A stretch of DNA of 64,000 nt, from positions 19,344,001-19,408,000 of the forward strand of contig OZ024744.1 of the NCBI GenBank assembly GCA_964016885.1. Reading direction: 5' to 3'. Below, piece after piece: positions 50,973 through 63,920 of the stretch (position 1 is its first letter; every line of letters begins with the position of its first letter). A model generated the notes under the pieces. That model saw only the letters and a list, made by a program, of their open reading frames with translations. It was not told the DNA's origin and ran no database searches. A program made the position numbers and the translations under genes. This stretch comes from Eledone cirrhosa. Taxonomy: Eukaryota.

Positions 50973-51704
50973 CACGCACACACATATGTCTACATAAACT
51001 CACAGACGCACACACAAACACACACACATATATATGTATGTATAGATTTTTATTTATATAGTTATCTATATAATCTCGTATATTTATAGGCACACGCACA
51101 CAGTGACACTTACATAACACATATATACACATTTATATATAAGTATGACCATGTGTTTTTGTGTGTGTACATGTACATAATTTACATACTCATTGCACAC
51201 ATACATACACACACACATACACACACATACACGCGCACATATAGAAAGTACACATCAAACACTTTCTTTCTCTCCCAGTCACACACGCAAATATATAGAT
51301 ATGTGTATAGTTGGATGGGGAGTATGCATCTGTGTGTATCATTTGTTTGTATGAGTGGCTGTATATGTATATATGTATACATACCAGTATTAGGAATAAA
51401 TATTTTGTAAATATAACGACGAAATTTCTATGTGGAATGTTTTAGCAAAGTACTCACTAAACAAGTTATTTCAGACAATTATAAAACTAATATGATAGTA
51501 CCAATGTGTTATAACAAGTGTATTTTGTTATTTAATATTCAATGCCTAATTAGCATTGATTACACCACACTTTGAAGCCAATACGAAGTGAGACATGGTT
51601 ATACTATTTTGGACAGTCAATAACCTTTGAGCCAATCAATATTTTTTGGTAACTACTCAACGTTTAGGGATACATCGCATTTTCGACTGTCAATCATAAA
51701 TGTT

Positions 51705-51888
51705 TCTATATTTAGGCACAAGGCCAGCAAATACCCAGTACATTACTGGTACTTTATTTTATCGACCCTGTAAGGATGAAAGGCAAAGTTAACCTCGGCG
51801 GGATTTGAACTCAGATCATAAAGACACGTAACTCTATGCTTCAAAGCATGGTGTCCGACTCTCTACCGATACTGCCAATCCACCGTGC
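51705..51888 (-). mobile_element. tRNA-derived SINE (octopus-type)
   Basis: Reverse complement of the 47916 family (actggtactttattttatcgaccc...ggatttgaactcag...tgccaatccaccg). Confidence 0.8.
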
Positions 51889-51964
51889 TGTCAATCATAA
51901 ATGAGACTCCATTGTATCATTTTTATTAATCGGTCAAAACCATTCAATCTGCCAGTCCGACTCT

Positions 51965-52870
51965 GTCAAGGGTGCGTACTGTCCCTCCCCTGTTCATTAT
52001 TTACCTGAACAGGATTGACATGCGTAGCCGGGTTGGGACTGTTATCACGACTGGTGTGTGTAAAATCAGTCGCATGGAATTTGCAGACGACATGGTGTTA
52101 CTTAACTCGACAAATGATCTTGAGCTTGCGCTCGATAGGTTTGATGCCAGATACTGCATGGCTGGAATGAAAATTAGTGCTGCAAAAACTAAGACGCTTG
52201 TCCTCTCAAGGAAGCCTGCACAGTGCACACTACGTGAGTGGAGTTCCACTGAAGCAGATGGAGAATTTCAAGTATCTCAGAGCCGTGATCACGAGTGATG
52301 GAAGGTAGGAGGCTGAATTAAGTGCAAGATCTGCAAAAGCTGGTGCATTAATACGCCAGCTTCAGCATTCAGTAATCAGGAAAAAGGAAGTAGGTGTAAA
52401 AGCCAAACTCATTGTCTTCAATTCAGTATTCGTGCCAAACCTTACCTAGGGTCATGAATCTTGGTAATGACTAAAAGATACGATCGCGAATACAAGTAGC
52501 CGAAATAGGGTTCCTCCGAAGGGTCTTTGGAGTAACGTTACTCGATAGAGTGTGTAGCTCAGAGGTCAGAGAGTTACTCTAGGTAGAGCTGCTACTTCTC
52601 CAAATTGAGAGATCACAGCTCTGATACTATGGCTGTGTGGTTAGAATGTTTTAGGAAAGAATCGCTGGACAGATTTTACAGGCTAAACGAACTGGCAGGA
52701 GACCCAGGTGTAGACCCTGAGTAAAATGGTTAGATAACATCCATGAGATTAGCTAGTCACATTTGGTGATCAAGTCGGATCAGTTGGAGACAGTTACTTC
52801 TGACAGGACCCACTGGAAGGAGTGTTTCAAGACCCTGCTCCTCAACCCTCTCAGGAATAAGTGGGTGAGA
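51965..52870 (+). pseudogene. Decayed RTE-group LINE RT 3' fragment
   Basis: PLFIIYLNRI, EFADDMVLL, GMKISAAKTK, EKFKYL, G.ESW, and a G.RPR.RP region. Many stops. Confidence 0.8.
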
Positions 52871-52929
52871 AAGAATATCAAATTGCCTTTTTCATATGCT
52901 CTCATGACCCTTTCGTCAATATTTGTGTT

Positions 52930-53425
52930 TTTAGTGACCCAGGTCACATTACTCCATTTGCGATCCAAGGTCAAATTTCTTCACTTGCGATCTCAAGTCA
53001 CATTGCTCCTTTGGCGATCCCAGCTCACATTGTTCCCCTTGCGATTCTAAACCACATTTCTCCACTTGCGATCCCAAGCCAGATTACGGCTCTTGAGACC
53101 CCAGGCTACATTGCTTCCCTTGTGATCCCAGCTCACGCTTCTCCTTTTGCGATCCTAGCCGGCATCCTTCCTTTTGTGATCCAAGTCCACATTCCTCCTC
53201 TAGCGATCCAAGTCAACATCTTTCTTCTTGCGATCCCACGCCACATTGGTCCTCTTGCAATCCCAGCTCATATTCCTTTTCTCGTGACCCTAACCCGCGT
53301 TGGTTCTTTGTAATTCCAACTCACTTTCCTCTTTATGCGATCCTAACCCACATTTCTTCTCTAGCAATCCTAACACACATTTTCTCTAGCGATTCCACCC
53401 CACGTTTCTTCTCTTGCGATCCCGG
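52930..53425. repeat. ~30-bp minisatellite (~16 diverged units)
   Basis: cttgcgatccca.c.cacatt.ct.ct recurs about every 30 bp. Confidence 0.85.
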
Positions 53426-53649
53426 GTATCCTCAATTATATTTTAAATTTTTATTTTACTTTCACAATTCTCAAAGCAAAACATGGAAGTAAATTACGTT
53501 ATTAAGGTATTTGTGAGGTGTTAATTTGTGATTAAAGTTGGATATATTGCTATGTCATTAACGCACATACACGCACACACACATATATATATATACATAT
53601 TGTATATAAATATATATATTTATTGTATATAAATATGAATATATATATA

Positions 53650-54840
53650 TGTTATGTTAATACCATTACTTATTCGTATAGGTAAGTATATATTACCCGT
53701 ATGTTTTGTGAAGGTACATATACTTTCTCGTACGTATATTTGCTTGTATATGTTATTGGCGTATATATTATATATACTGGTACATGTGCATTTGGTCATG
53801 TGCATACGTGAGTTTTGCGTCTGTGGGAGTACGCGGGTTCGTACGTATGTAGGGTGTATATGTGTACTTTGTGCTTTGGTTGACGTACGTCTGCGAACAT
53901 ATGTGTATTTACATGTGGGTGTGTGTGTGCGCGCGTTATATACATATTTACGTGTGTATATACGTTTATTTAATTATGTATACACGCACACACACATATA
54001 TATATATGTTTTTATATATATTTTGGTATATTTGGTGTATACGTTCGTATGCGTGCGGGTACAGGCGTTGCGTGGGTTTTGTATGTGCATGCGGGTTTCT
54101 TTTCTTTTTTTTGTGTACGTGCTTGTATTTGCGAGTGTTTTCGCGTATGCTTGTGTATGTACGTATATGGATGCGTGTATCTGTTTATTTAATTTCAATT
54201 ACCTCTGTATTTTATTTACTTTATCCTTAACTCTGAAGCCGAGAATCATTCGGTTTCCTAAATAGAATTTTAGTCTACGATTTCAGTTATACCATTTACG
54301 TGGTTTTGTCTTTGCGTGTAATTGTTCGCATTGCTCTACATACTGACGTATTATCTTCGTTTTTTCCGTTCATTGCTAGAGAACGTCTCCACGAACCACC
54401 AAATAGAATATTAGTCTACGACTTCTTTTATACCATAAACGTGGTTTTGTCTTTGCGTGTAATTGTTTTCACCGCACCAAATAATGACGTATTATCTTCG
54501 TTATTTTTCGTTCTTTGCCAGGGAACGTTTACACGAACCAAAGTATCGTCTTGCTAAAAAATTTATCTGAGAACGCAGAATTAAATATTTCAAAAACGTT
54601 GCAACCGAAGGAAGACATTCCTTCGGTTGCAACGTTTTTGAAATATTTAATTCTGCGTTCTCAGATTAATTTTTTTAGTTTCAGAAGATCCCGTTAAGGG
54701 TGAAAGCAGCGATTCTTTGCTTAAACTTTAATCTGTTATTTTAATAAATATTTGCTCTATGGTTTTTATATATCTGATATATATTTATCCTTATCGAGCG
54801 CTCTTTGGATTTTAGTCTTCAAATTTATTAATATTACTAT
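53650..54840 (+). mobile_element. 3' non-coding portion of the Naiad-type PLE family
   Basis: Matches 59235-60310 and the reverse complement of 15356-16390. Small internal inversion at ~54555-54670. Confidence 0.88.
54677..54727 (+). ncRNA. Atypical hammerhead in the PLE terminal region (CAGAAGA core)
   Basis: agttt CAGAAGA t ccc gttaa ggg t GAA agca gcgattctt tgct t aaact. All three helices form, and the motif is present in six copies in the window. Confidence 0.65.
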
Positions 54841-54855
54841 ATATATATATATATT

Positions 54856-55041
54856 AGAGATTGGAGCAAACATCACGGGCGCTCTATCTTAAAATTATTT
54901 TTGAAAAGCATTAGAAATGCGCAACCGGTAAAACTTAAAACCAAAACTGAATACTAACCAATACTATTATTAATTTTTACTTATTCCTAATTAAACTATT
55001 TTTCACTGGGAACAATTTGTCACCATTTTCTTTTCCTTTTA

Positions 55042-55045
<4 letters not shown>
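54856..55045. repeat. Dispersed repeat, reverse copy of 42868-43068
   Basis: Direct sequence similarity, flanked by (TA)n. Confidence 0.8.
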
Positions 55046-55112
<67 letters not shown>

Positions 55113-55162
55113 TAAAATAACAGATTAAAGTTTAAGCAAAGAATATATATATATATATAAAT

Positions 55163-55745
55163 ACTAGTTAAAGTACCCGTCCCTAGGGCGGTTCAAGTAG
55201 CTTTCGATGTAGTTCATTAAACTAAACAATGTAAATTTGAATACATGGAAGAAAAACGTACTTTATGTAAATATGAAAACCTTAGGCACTATTCCAGCGA
55301 AATAATTAATATGTGAACTCGGTGTCATCCGTTATTCCATGTAACAACAGAAATCCAATCTAGGTATACATTTTTTTGACAACAATAAAATCTTTTAATT
55401 CAAGTACAAAGAGTGAAGTAAAATCCGAATGAGTCGAATTGCAATAATCAAAATCCCCAAACAAAATTTTTGACAACATAAAAAATGGGACCCTATTGTA
55501 TTGACGAAAGATAACTCTTGTCTTACTTAATCACGAAATATTGACACAAATAACCAAAACTTTTTTAATGCCTCCAAAGGCCCCAATATCGAATTTTGAA
55601 AGCCTTTGAAGATCATGTACAGGTTTTGTGCAAGGAGAAACTCTGTAAAAAATTTCAAAGAAATCGCATGAATGATTTAGAATATATGAGCCCACATTAA
55701 AAATTGTCCACACACACACACACACAGAAAACTTCATCTTTATAT
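55163..55745 (-). mobile_element. Non-autonomous Helitron-like element
   Basis: On minus: begins (TA)n aaagatgaagttttc(TG)n and ends with GC hairpin ccg-ccctaggg-a-cgg ~9 nt before CTAG followed by T, matching the Helitron 3' signature. Confidence 0.68.
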
Positions 55746-55754
55746 ATATATATA

Positions 55755-55952
55755 TAGGAACGAATAGGACCGCGACGGCTGAGCTCAAGCCGTTTCGACG
55801 GCTAATTATGGACTAAAATGAATTAGCCGTCGAAACGGCTTGAGCTCAGCCATCATGATCCTACGCGTTCCTATTACCCACTCTACTACCCTAAGTATTG
55901 AGTACTTTGGTGCGTTATGGTCCACTTGGTACCTTACCACATTTCCTCCGTT
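55755..55952. mobile_element. Foldback copy of the half-hammerhead family (opposite orientation to 5889-6078)
   Basis: 55820-55952 is the reverse complement of ~5889-6020, with inverted duplication at 55755-55808. Confidence 0.8.
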
Positions 55953-55969
55953 ATATATATATATATATA

Positions 55970-57325
55970 TAGTGAAAAATGGAACGGGAACAAAGCAGAG
56001 AGGCAGTACGAACAAAGGTTTATTAGTTTCACGCTCTTGAGAGTCGTGGGGGAACGATGTTTCGGGCATAAGCCCTTCTTCAGGCGAAAAGTGTGTGGGA
56101 AGAGAGTTCCAAGGGTGTGTGAGGAGTGGGGGAGAGACATTTAGAGAGGGTGGAACGGTGGATGGGGTACAAATGAAAATAAATATAAAAAAATAATAAA
56201 AATAATAAAAATAAAAATAAACATGAAGATAAATAACTGGTGGAAGGTGTGGGGCGTGTAGGGGTGGTGGCGGGTGGAGTGGGGAGAGGGAGGTGGGGTG
56301 TCCGAGCGGGGAGGGCTGATGTGGTGTGTGTGTGTGTATGTGAATGTGAGAGTAGGGGGAAGAACGAGGAAGAACGAGGTTCCATGTTCAGGAAAAGGTG
56401 TGTGTGGGGTGAGTGTAGGTCGGTGTGTGCTTGTGCGTGTGGATGGGGAGGGTCAGCGGAGTGGGGGAGAGGGGATTCCGGAGGCTGAGTGTGTAAATAT
56501 GTGGGGTTACGCACGTGTGTGTGGTGTTTATACGTATTGTGGATGTAGGTGGCGTGTGGGAAAAAAAATGTTTGTGAGTGTATGTTCGTGGGTAAGTTTC
56601 TAAGGTAGTTCCGTAGAGGGTGTGGTGAGTTGCCGGAAATTTTCCTTGTGATGGAGTTGATTCGTGGGAGCGATGTCCAATGTGTGAAATCCGTGGTTGG
56701 GTTGGTCGGAAGAGGGGAGATGTGGGGTGCGCGCGCAATAGGAAGTGGTAAAAGGGTCAAGGCAGGAGGAGCGTAGAGGAGAAGGACAGGTGGAGAGGGC
56801 TGTGTGTCTGTGTGTGGGGAGAGGTGGTCAGAGTGTCAGGGCATAGCAGCAGTAGGGGAGAATGGCAGAGAAAATCGGTGTGCTAGTGTGTGCGGAGGTG
56901 CGGTGGACAGGGGAGAGGATGGGTAGGTGTAAAAGGTGGAGTGGAGAGGGGTTCGTGCGGGGGGATGGGTTTGTATTAGTAGAGGTGTTAGTGGGATGTG
57001 TGTATGTGTGTGTGTGAAGGGGTGTGGGAGGAGCGGGGAGAGGGAGAGAAAGGTGTGGGGGACGGTGGAGGGAGTGTAGTGTACTGGTGTGTGTGTGTGC
57101 GTGATAGGGGAAGGGGGAAGTGGGAAGTGGGAAGGGGGGGAATGATGTTAGTATTGTTAAATTGGGAGGGTGGTCAGGGGTGGGGTGGAGGTGTTAGTAT
57201 TGTTAATTGTGGGGTAGGCGGTGAAAAGGAGGAGTGTGTTAGTGGTGTTAGTTGGGGATATGTGTGTGTGCAGGGCGGTCGAAGGCTAAAGGAATAGCGT
57301 ATCATTCGGGTTTCTATACGGATAT
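55970..57325 (-). mobile_element. Highly decayed Penelope-type element with hammerhead core
   Basis: Minus strand starts with PLE RT motif YPYRKPNDTL (57295-57325), runs through C/A-rich degenerate sequence, and ends near CTGAAGA a gggc ttat gccc GAAA (56060-56083). Confidence 0.5.
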
Positions 57326-57398
57326 ATATATATGCCGTTATGGTATGACACCCATAATTTCGATTTGGATTAAATTCATTTAATTTATCTTAATTTTG

Positions 57399-57435
<37 letters not shown>

Positions 57436-57448
57436 AATATATATATAT

Positions 57449-58251
57449 ATCATAAATCATGTCTTTAGAATCATCAGATAAAATATATACTATTTCTTCT
57501 TCTAATTAGCATAATTAACCATATAAAAAATCAATTAGATCAAGCTATAAGAAGAAAGGCTCTTATGGAGAAATCTCCGACAAATAACCGAACGTAGCCT
57601 CTTCGCGGTGGCCCCAATCGAGAATTTATTCAACATTTCGACAGCATGTAGAAATTGACTAAATATATCATCAACCATACACAATTAGGTGTAAAATTAA
57701 ACTTAGAAGAAATGCGTACATACCGTAATTATATATCTACCATGGTTTCATCCTTATTTTTAGACATCCAAATAATAGGAATGTCCTGAGTTAGGATTCA
57801 TCAGGAGACAAACTCAAAATCAGACATCTAGTTTTTCAATCCGATCCCGCCAAAAATAGATTTAAACATGGCTAAGAATCGCTATGTGGCTGTGGTCAAG
57901 CCAGAAAGAATGTGATTGGTTGCTTACGGCGGGTAGGCTTGCTGCTAGAAAGCGCAGCCAAATATCGCCAAATTTAATCTGAACCTATCGGCAGATTATT
58001 AAATATAAAGGTTAACATATACATAAAGTTATAGATATATACATGTTGCAATTGGTCACTTTTAAGCTCTATGAAGAATTAATAAATTAAAAAATCAGAG
58101 CAATATATCATAAATCATGTCTTTAGAATCATCAGATAAAATATATACTATTTCTTCTTCTAATTAGCATAATTAACCATATAAAAAATCAATTAGATCA
58201 AGCTATAAGAAAGGCTCTTATGGAGAAATCTCCGACAAATAACCGAACGTA
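57449..58251 (-). mobile_element. ~658-bp HHR monomer with ~145-bp terminal direct repeat
   Basis: 57449-57596 repeats at 58107-58251. Minus HHR 57733-57809: gtctc CTGATGA atcct...aggat GAAA ccatgg TA gatat. Confidence 0.8.
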
Positions 58252-58254
58252 TAT

Positions 58255-60303
58255 ATGTATATATATCCGTATAGAAAGCCGAAAGATTCGCTTAATTACA
58301 TAAGTAAGCATTCTAACCATCCTACCAGCATATCCAAGAACCTGGTAAGAAACTTTTCTTTGAGGCTTTCCCGTCTATCTACAAACGAGCATATTTTCAA
58401 CGACCATTCCACATATTACAATGAAGCTCTTGTTCGGGGTGGATTTGTCGATAAGGTAGCTTATACAGAGTACGAGAATAGACCTAGGAAAAATAGATCC
58501 CGGCGCATTATATGGTATAACCCACCATATATTATGGAGGTGGCCACACCTTTAGCTAAGATCTTTCTTTCCCTTATTAAGAAGTATTTTCCCCCAGTAC
58601 ATAAATATAGTAACATTTTTAATAGAAATACCATTAAAATTTCTTATTCTACGACATCTAACCTAGCACGTAACATCACAGCTTCAGATTTAGCTAACTT
58701 ACCTAGCCGTAGGAACACGTGCAGCCCTGTAGCTAGTACTAACTGTAATTGTAGGAATCGGGTTGACTGCCCTCTATCCGGGAAATGCCTCTCTAGTAAC
58801 ATTGTCTACAAATGTAAGGTTGAAACACCCACGACTCGTAGGGCCTACATAGGGTTAACCGCCAATATATTTAAGCAGCGTCTTTACATGCATACCCATT
58901 CTTTTCTTAACCCTTTAACAAGGAATATGACGTCACTTTCAGCTTATATCTGAAGTCTAAAAGACGACCACACCCTATATAAGTTACACTGGGAGATCCT
59001 AGCTAAGGCTAGATCGTATAACGGAAATAAAAGACCATGTGACCTCTGCGCCGCTGAGGCCCTGGAAATACTCTACGCCAAAGACCACATCTTAAACAAA
59101 AAATCTGAGGTAATTTCGGCTTGTAAACATAAATTGCACAACACTTTCCTCTATTACAGCCCCACGTTATACCCTAACGCATAATACGAACTATACGCGG
59201 ATATTTTACGTCTTGATGTGGTAGCTAAGTATATTTTATGTTAATACCATTACTTATTCGTATAGGTAAGTATATATTACCTGTATGTTTTGTGAAGGTA
59301 CGTGTATTTTCTCGAACTTATATTTGCTTGTATATGTTATTGGCGTATATATTATATATACTGGTACATGTGAATTTGGTTATGCGTATACGTGAGTTTT
59401 GCGTCTGTGGGAGTATGCGGGTTCGTGCGCATGTAGGGTGTGTGTATATGTGTATTTTGTGTTTTGGTTGAGGTACGTCCGCGAACATATGTGTCTTTAC
59501 ATGTGGGTATGTGTGTGCGCGCGTCGTATACGTATTTATGTGTGTATATTTATATACGTTTATTTAATTATGTCTACACGCACACACACCCACCCTCACA
59601 CATGTGTATATATGTATGTTTTTATTTATTTATTTTTATGTGTATTTGGTGTATACGTTCGTTGTATGCGTTACAGGCGTTGCGTGGTTTCTATATGTGC
59701 GTGTATGTGTTTTTTTGGATTTTTTGTACGTGCTTGTATTTGCATACCCATGGGGAGTGTTTTCGCGTATGCTTGTGTATGTACATATATCGATGTGTGT
59801 ATGTATATATTTCATTTCAATTACCTCTGTATTTTATTTACTTTATTCTTAACTCTGAAGCCGAGAATCATTCGGTTTCCTAAATAGAATTTTAGTCTAC
59901 GACTTCAGTTATACCATTTACGTGGTTTTGTCTTTGCGTGTAATTGTTCGCATTGCTCCACATAATGACGTATTATCTTCGTTTTTTCCGTTCATTGCTA
60001 GAGAACGTCTCCACGAACCACCAAATAGAATATTAGTCTACGACTTCTTTTATACCATAAACATGGTTTTGTTTTCACGTGTAATTGTTTTCACTGCACC
60101 AAATAATGACGTATTATCTTCGTTTTTTTTTCGTTCTTTGCCAGGGAACGTTTCCACGAACTAAAGTATCGTCTTCCTGTCTTCCTTAGGCTGCAACGTT
60201 TTTTGAAATGTTTACTTCTGCGTTCACATATTGACTTTTTTAGTTCCAGAAGATCCCGTTAAGAGTGAAAGCAGCGATTCTTTGCTTAAACTTTAATCTG
60301 TTA

Positions 60304-60310
<7 letters not shown>
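58255..60310 (+). mobile_element. 5'-truncated Naiad-type PLE (RT thumb + GIY-YIG + 3' region)
   Basis: YPYRKPKD..HSNHP..WYNPPY..CNCR..CPL..NIVYKC..YIGLT. Premature TGA at 58951 replaces Trp, and the frame continues to ~59184. Same family as 16443-18464. Confidence 0.9.
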
Positions 60311-60349
<39 letters not shown>

Positions 60350-60357
60350 TGTATGTA

Positions 60358-60480
60358 TAGTTTATTTGCCAATAAACTGTATGTTTAATTTAAAACATTT
60401 TGAAGACCATTCGTTATGAGTTTTAAAATAGTGACTATGTTACTTATTTATTCTCGGCAAAAGCAAAAGGAGTAATGGAC
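60358..60480 (-). repeat. Old diverged fragment of the 317-bp family B monomer
   Basis: caataaactgtatgtttaatttaaaacattttgaagacc...ttttaaaatagtgac resembles 33223-33290. Lies in (TA)n. Confidence 0.65.
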
Positions 60481-60589
60481 AGTTGCTTCTTATATATATA
60501 TACAATATATGTTTCAGCTGCTATTACCACAAACCACCAAGGAGGAGAGAATGAAAGGAAAATGTGAACATTTTTTTATATATATGTAT

Positions 60590-61915
60590 AACTTACTTAT
60601 TTGAAAGCAATAATCTCTGAACTCCAGCCAGCATCGGTTCCATAATGGGAGAGATTGCCTTTTGAGAGCTTTGGGAGAGGGCTCCAACACTGATGTCATC
60701 TACCTTGATTTCAGCAAGGCCTTTGACAGTATGATCACAACATTCTATTGAGAAAACTATCCAACATTGGTGTCACTGGAAATTTACTACAGTGGATCAA
60801 GTGTTTTCTGACAGACAGAGCCCAACATGTTGTAGTCAAAATAATAAAATCAAGCCCAACCAAAGTCAGCAGTAGCATCCCACAAGGCAGTTTTGGGTCC
60901 ACTTCTTTTCATCATCTACATAAATAACATTACTGACATTATCAAGCACAGCAACATAAGAATCTTTGCAGATGATTCCAAGCTACAGAAGGTCTTCAAT
61001 GAGAGTGTGACCTGACATGCCTTCAGTCAGACCTACTGGCTGTTATCCAATGGGCGGAAAAGAACAATACGTTGCTGAACGAGGATAAATTTGAGTTAAT
61101 CCAGTTTGGAAAACTCCCATACTCCCTTCCTTCAGGTGAAACTGTCGTGACATCCAACAACATCAGAGACCTGGGAGTAATTGTGGACAGCAACATGAGC
61201 TGGGTCACTTATATAAACAGCAAGGTTGATATGGCCCCCAGAATGTGTTCCTGGATTCTCAGAACCTTCCAGTCAAGAGATATCAACACTATTATCCTTC
61301 TCTTCTCCACTTTTTCCAGATCCCACCTTGAATACTGTTGTCCACCGTGGTCTCCCAACACGAAACAAAGTATCATGAAAGTTGAAGCTCCTCAAAGGTC
61401 AATTACAAAAATGATAGATGGCATGGCAGACCTTGACTATTGGAGTCGATTATAAAGCTCAAACTTTATTCTCTCCAAAGCCGCCGCGAGCGCTACATTA
61501 TCAGCATGATGTGGAAAATATTCCATCAGTTTGCCCAAATGGTGTTGGCATCCCCTTTAATGTACACCCAAGGCTTTGGACCCGTGCTATCCGCCCACGA
61601 CAAAAATCTCACTCGCATCTCATAACAACAATACGGCTCAATTATTTCACCTCGATTGGCCCCGCTCTCTTTAACATTACAACAAAACACATCAAAACAG
61701 AAACAGACCCCATCAAGTTCAAGAAGTCTTTGGACAAATTACTTCAAAAAATCCCAGATAAACCTCCTAAACCCAGATATGTCTTTGTAAACAACTGTCT
61801 ACTTGAGTGGGCCATGGTGTCCAAATTCTGATTTGAAAAACTTCGCCAGGTGGTGCTATTAAGTTAGAGATGGCCTTGGCCAATACTGGCTAAAACCTAT
61901 CAAAGTCATCAAAGT
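60590..61915 (+). pseudogene. CR1/L2-group LINE RT 3' fragment
   Basis: DVIYLDFSKAFD, PQG..LGPLLFIIYIN, IFADDSKL, RDLGVIVD, HLEYC..WSP. Frameshifts, short repeated tail atcaaagt. Confidence 0.85.
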
Positions 61916-61920
61916 TAAAT

Positions 61921-61958
<38 letters not shown>

Positions 61959-61960
61959 AT

Positions 61961-62117
61961 TAATTACATAATAAACAACACAATATAATTATTCCATAAC
62001 CTAAGGTTTCAAGAAACTAGATGATCCTTACAGAAACGTCCGGCTCGTTCATCAAATGAAAAAGTTATGATAACTATTTCATGGAATAATTATATTGTGT
62101 TGTTTATTATGTAATTA
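61961..62117. mobile_element. Short foldback element (~36-bp inverted ends) with a degenerate minus-strand hammerhead
   Basis: aattacataataaacaacacaatataattattccat is inverted at 62081-62116. Minus: ttcat TTGATGA ... GAAA ccttagg TT atgga. Confidence 0.6.
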
Positions 62118-62133
62118 AATAGCTCTATACAAT

Positions 62134-62297
<164 letters not shown>

Positions 62298-62315
62298 GTA
62301 TGTTATATATATATA

Positions 62316-62360
<45 letters not shown>

Positions 62361-62379
62361 GTATATATATATATGTATG

Positions 62380-62462
<83 letters not shown>

Positions 62463-62485
62463 CACACACATATATATGTATTTAT

Positions 62486-63090
62486 GTCAGGTCACCAGTT
62501 GGTGCTACTGGTAACATGTATCCCAGTACAACCTGTCTCATGGTCGGGTCGTTGACGACTAAACTGGCAACCCCACCAAGGTTTCTTGGTGAGGAGGGTG
62601 ACTTTGGACATCCTGCAGGACTAAAAACAAAACCTGTCAAAGGGCAAAGGAGCTCTTAAGAGTCAATGGCCATCCAAAATCACCGGGAGAGATGACCCCT
62701 TAGCCTTTGTCAAGGCAGAATTCTAGGAGAAGGAAAACTCTGATATAACACCTGCAACTCTGATGGTATCCAATGATGTTGACTTGTTCTTCTTTGTGGT
62801 AAATATCATCTTGGTTAAGAGAGTGGGACTGGCTTTGTGAAGTGCCTTTGCTCACTATAAAAGCTTCACGGCACAGGCATTTTTTTATATCTGGAGATCT
62901 CTCTGCACTTGTCATCACATGGTATCATGGGCCCAGCACTGTCAATATTTGTCACAAGTGTAGTGTTTGTACCAGAGTTTTCAAGTTGCTGTCTGGACTA
63001 AAAAGTCACACTCGTTCAGCGCATCGGTAGGAGTTTTCCTACATGGATATAAAGTAGTGGCCGTACTCGAAAACGAGTTGGCAGCCACCA
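62486..63090 (+). mobile_element. Short bipartite non-autonomous RTE-derived element (5' UTR fused to 3' end)
   Basis: RTE-like 5' UTR (ctaggagaaggaaaactctgat) joined to a C-terminal zinc-finger remnant and 3' hairpin gtggccgtactcgaaaacgagttggcagccac. Inserted in (TA)n. Confidence 0.72.
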
Positions 63091-63159
63091 TGTATATATA
63101 TATATATGTATATACAATATACACCTTAGTTGGGTATATTGGTATTTCATATGATATAC

Positions 63160-63540
63160 TTTAACGACTGAAGACAGAATAGAGAAAAATAAGACAAAAA
63201 CACCAAGAGAGCCTAGAGTAAAAAAGCCAAGACCGATAAATAAAACACCCGTAGACAGGATAAAAACAAAACACACACACACAGGCACAGGCGCAAACGC
63301 ATGCGCAGACATGAAATTAAAAAAAAAACGCATTACGAAACAAAAAACAAATCAAGATATAATAGAAATATAAGACCAGTAATAAACAGATAATAATTGA
63401 GGAAGTCACAGAATGTGTGACGAAAGAACTTTGACAAACAAATGAATAACGAACAATAAGCATAAAATGAAAATTATATGGTGTGTGTGTTTCTTTCTAT
63501 TGGCAATATTGGCAACATAATTATCTCCAAATATAACAAT
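63160..63540 (+). mobile_element. Diverged copy of the 43425-43770 HHR element
   Basis: TTGAGGA a gtcaca gaatg tgtgac GAAA gaac tt tgac (~63397-63435). Ends with attggcaacat..aatataacaat like the 43425 copy. Confidence 0.7.
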
Positions 63541-63920
63541 ACACACACACATATACGCACACATGAGCGCAAACACACACACACATTGTTAGGCGACCCT
63601 CAAGCGCCTTAAAGCTGTAAGTAGTATACGCAACGATTAATTCTGATCAAAAGCGGTATACTGTTCCCTATCTCGACCAATTTCTTTTTTCTTGTATGTG
63701 GACTCATCCAGGCAACCCCAGCAAATGTTTAAAAACGTTCTGAATCAATTTTACCAATAGTTAATTTGAAAAATTCCTGAAATAACATGAAAAACTTAAG
63801 AAATATTAGGTTTTCTTAGTAAATCACACAACTCCTATAAGAGAGACGCATTTTTATTTACAATAATTTCTATAGAATCAAGAACATAATGTGAACACTG
63901 AATATTGAACATTTTTGCAT

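Noticed and set aside
52861-53313. 150-aa ORF with LAIPAHI-like repeats
   Set aside because: In-frame translation of a 30-bp minisatellite.
58951-58953. In-frame TGA in a Naiad-type ORF as possible selenocysteine (reported for some Naiads)
   Set aside because: It aligns to Trp (SAYIWSLK) in the 16443 copy, so it is a TGG>TGA nonsense change. The Cys motifs use normal codons.
62486-62570. Possible HDV-like ribozyme at the 5' end of the RTE-derived element
   Set aside because: P2-like ccagt/actgg and a CTAA are present, but I could not assemble consistent P1/P3/P1.1 helices by eye. It needs a descriptor search.
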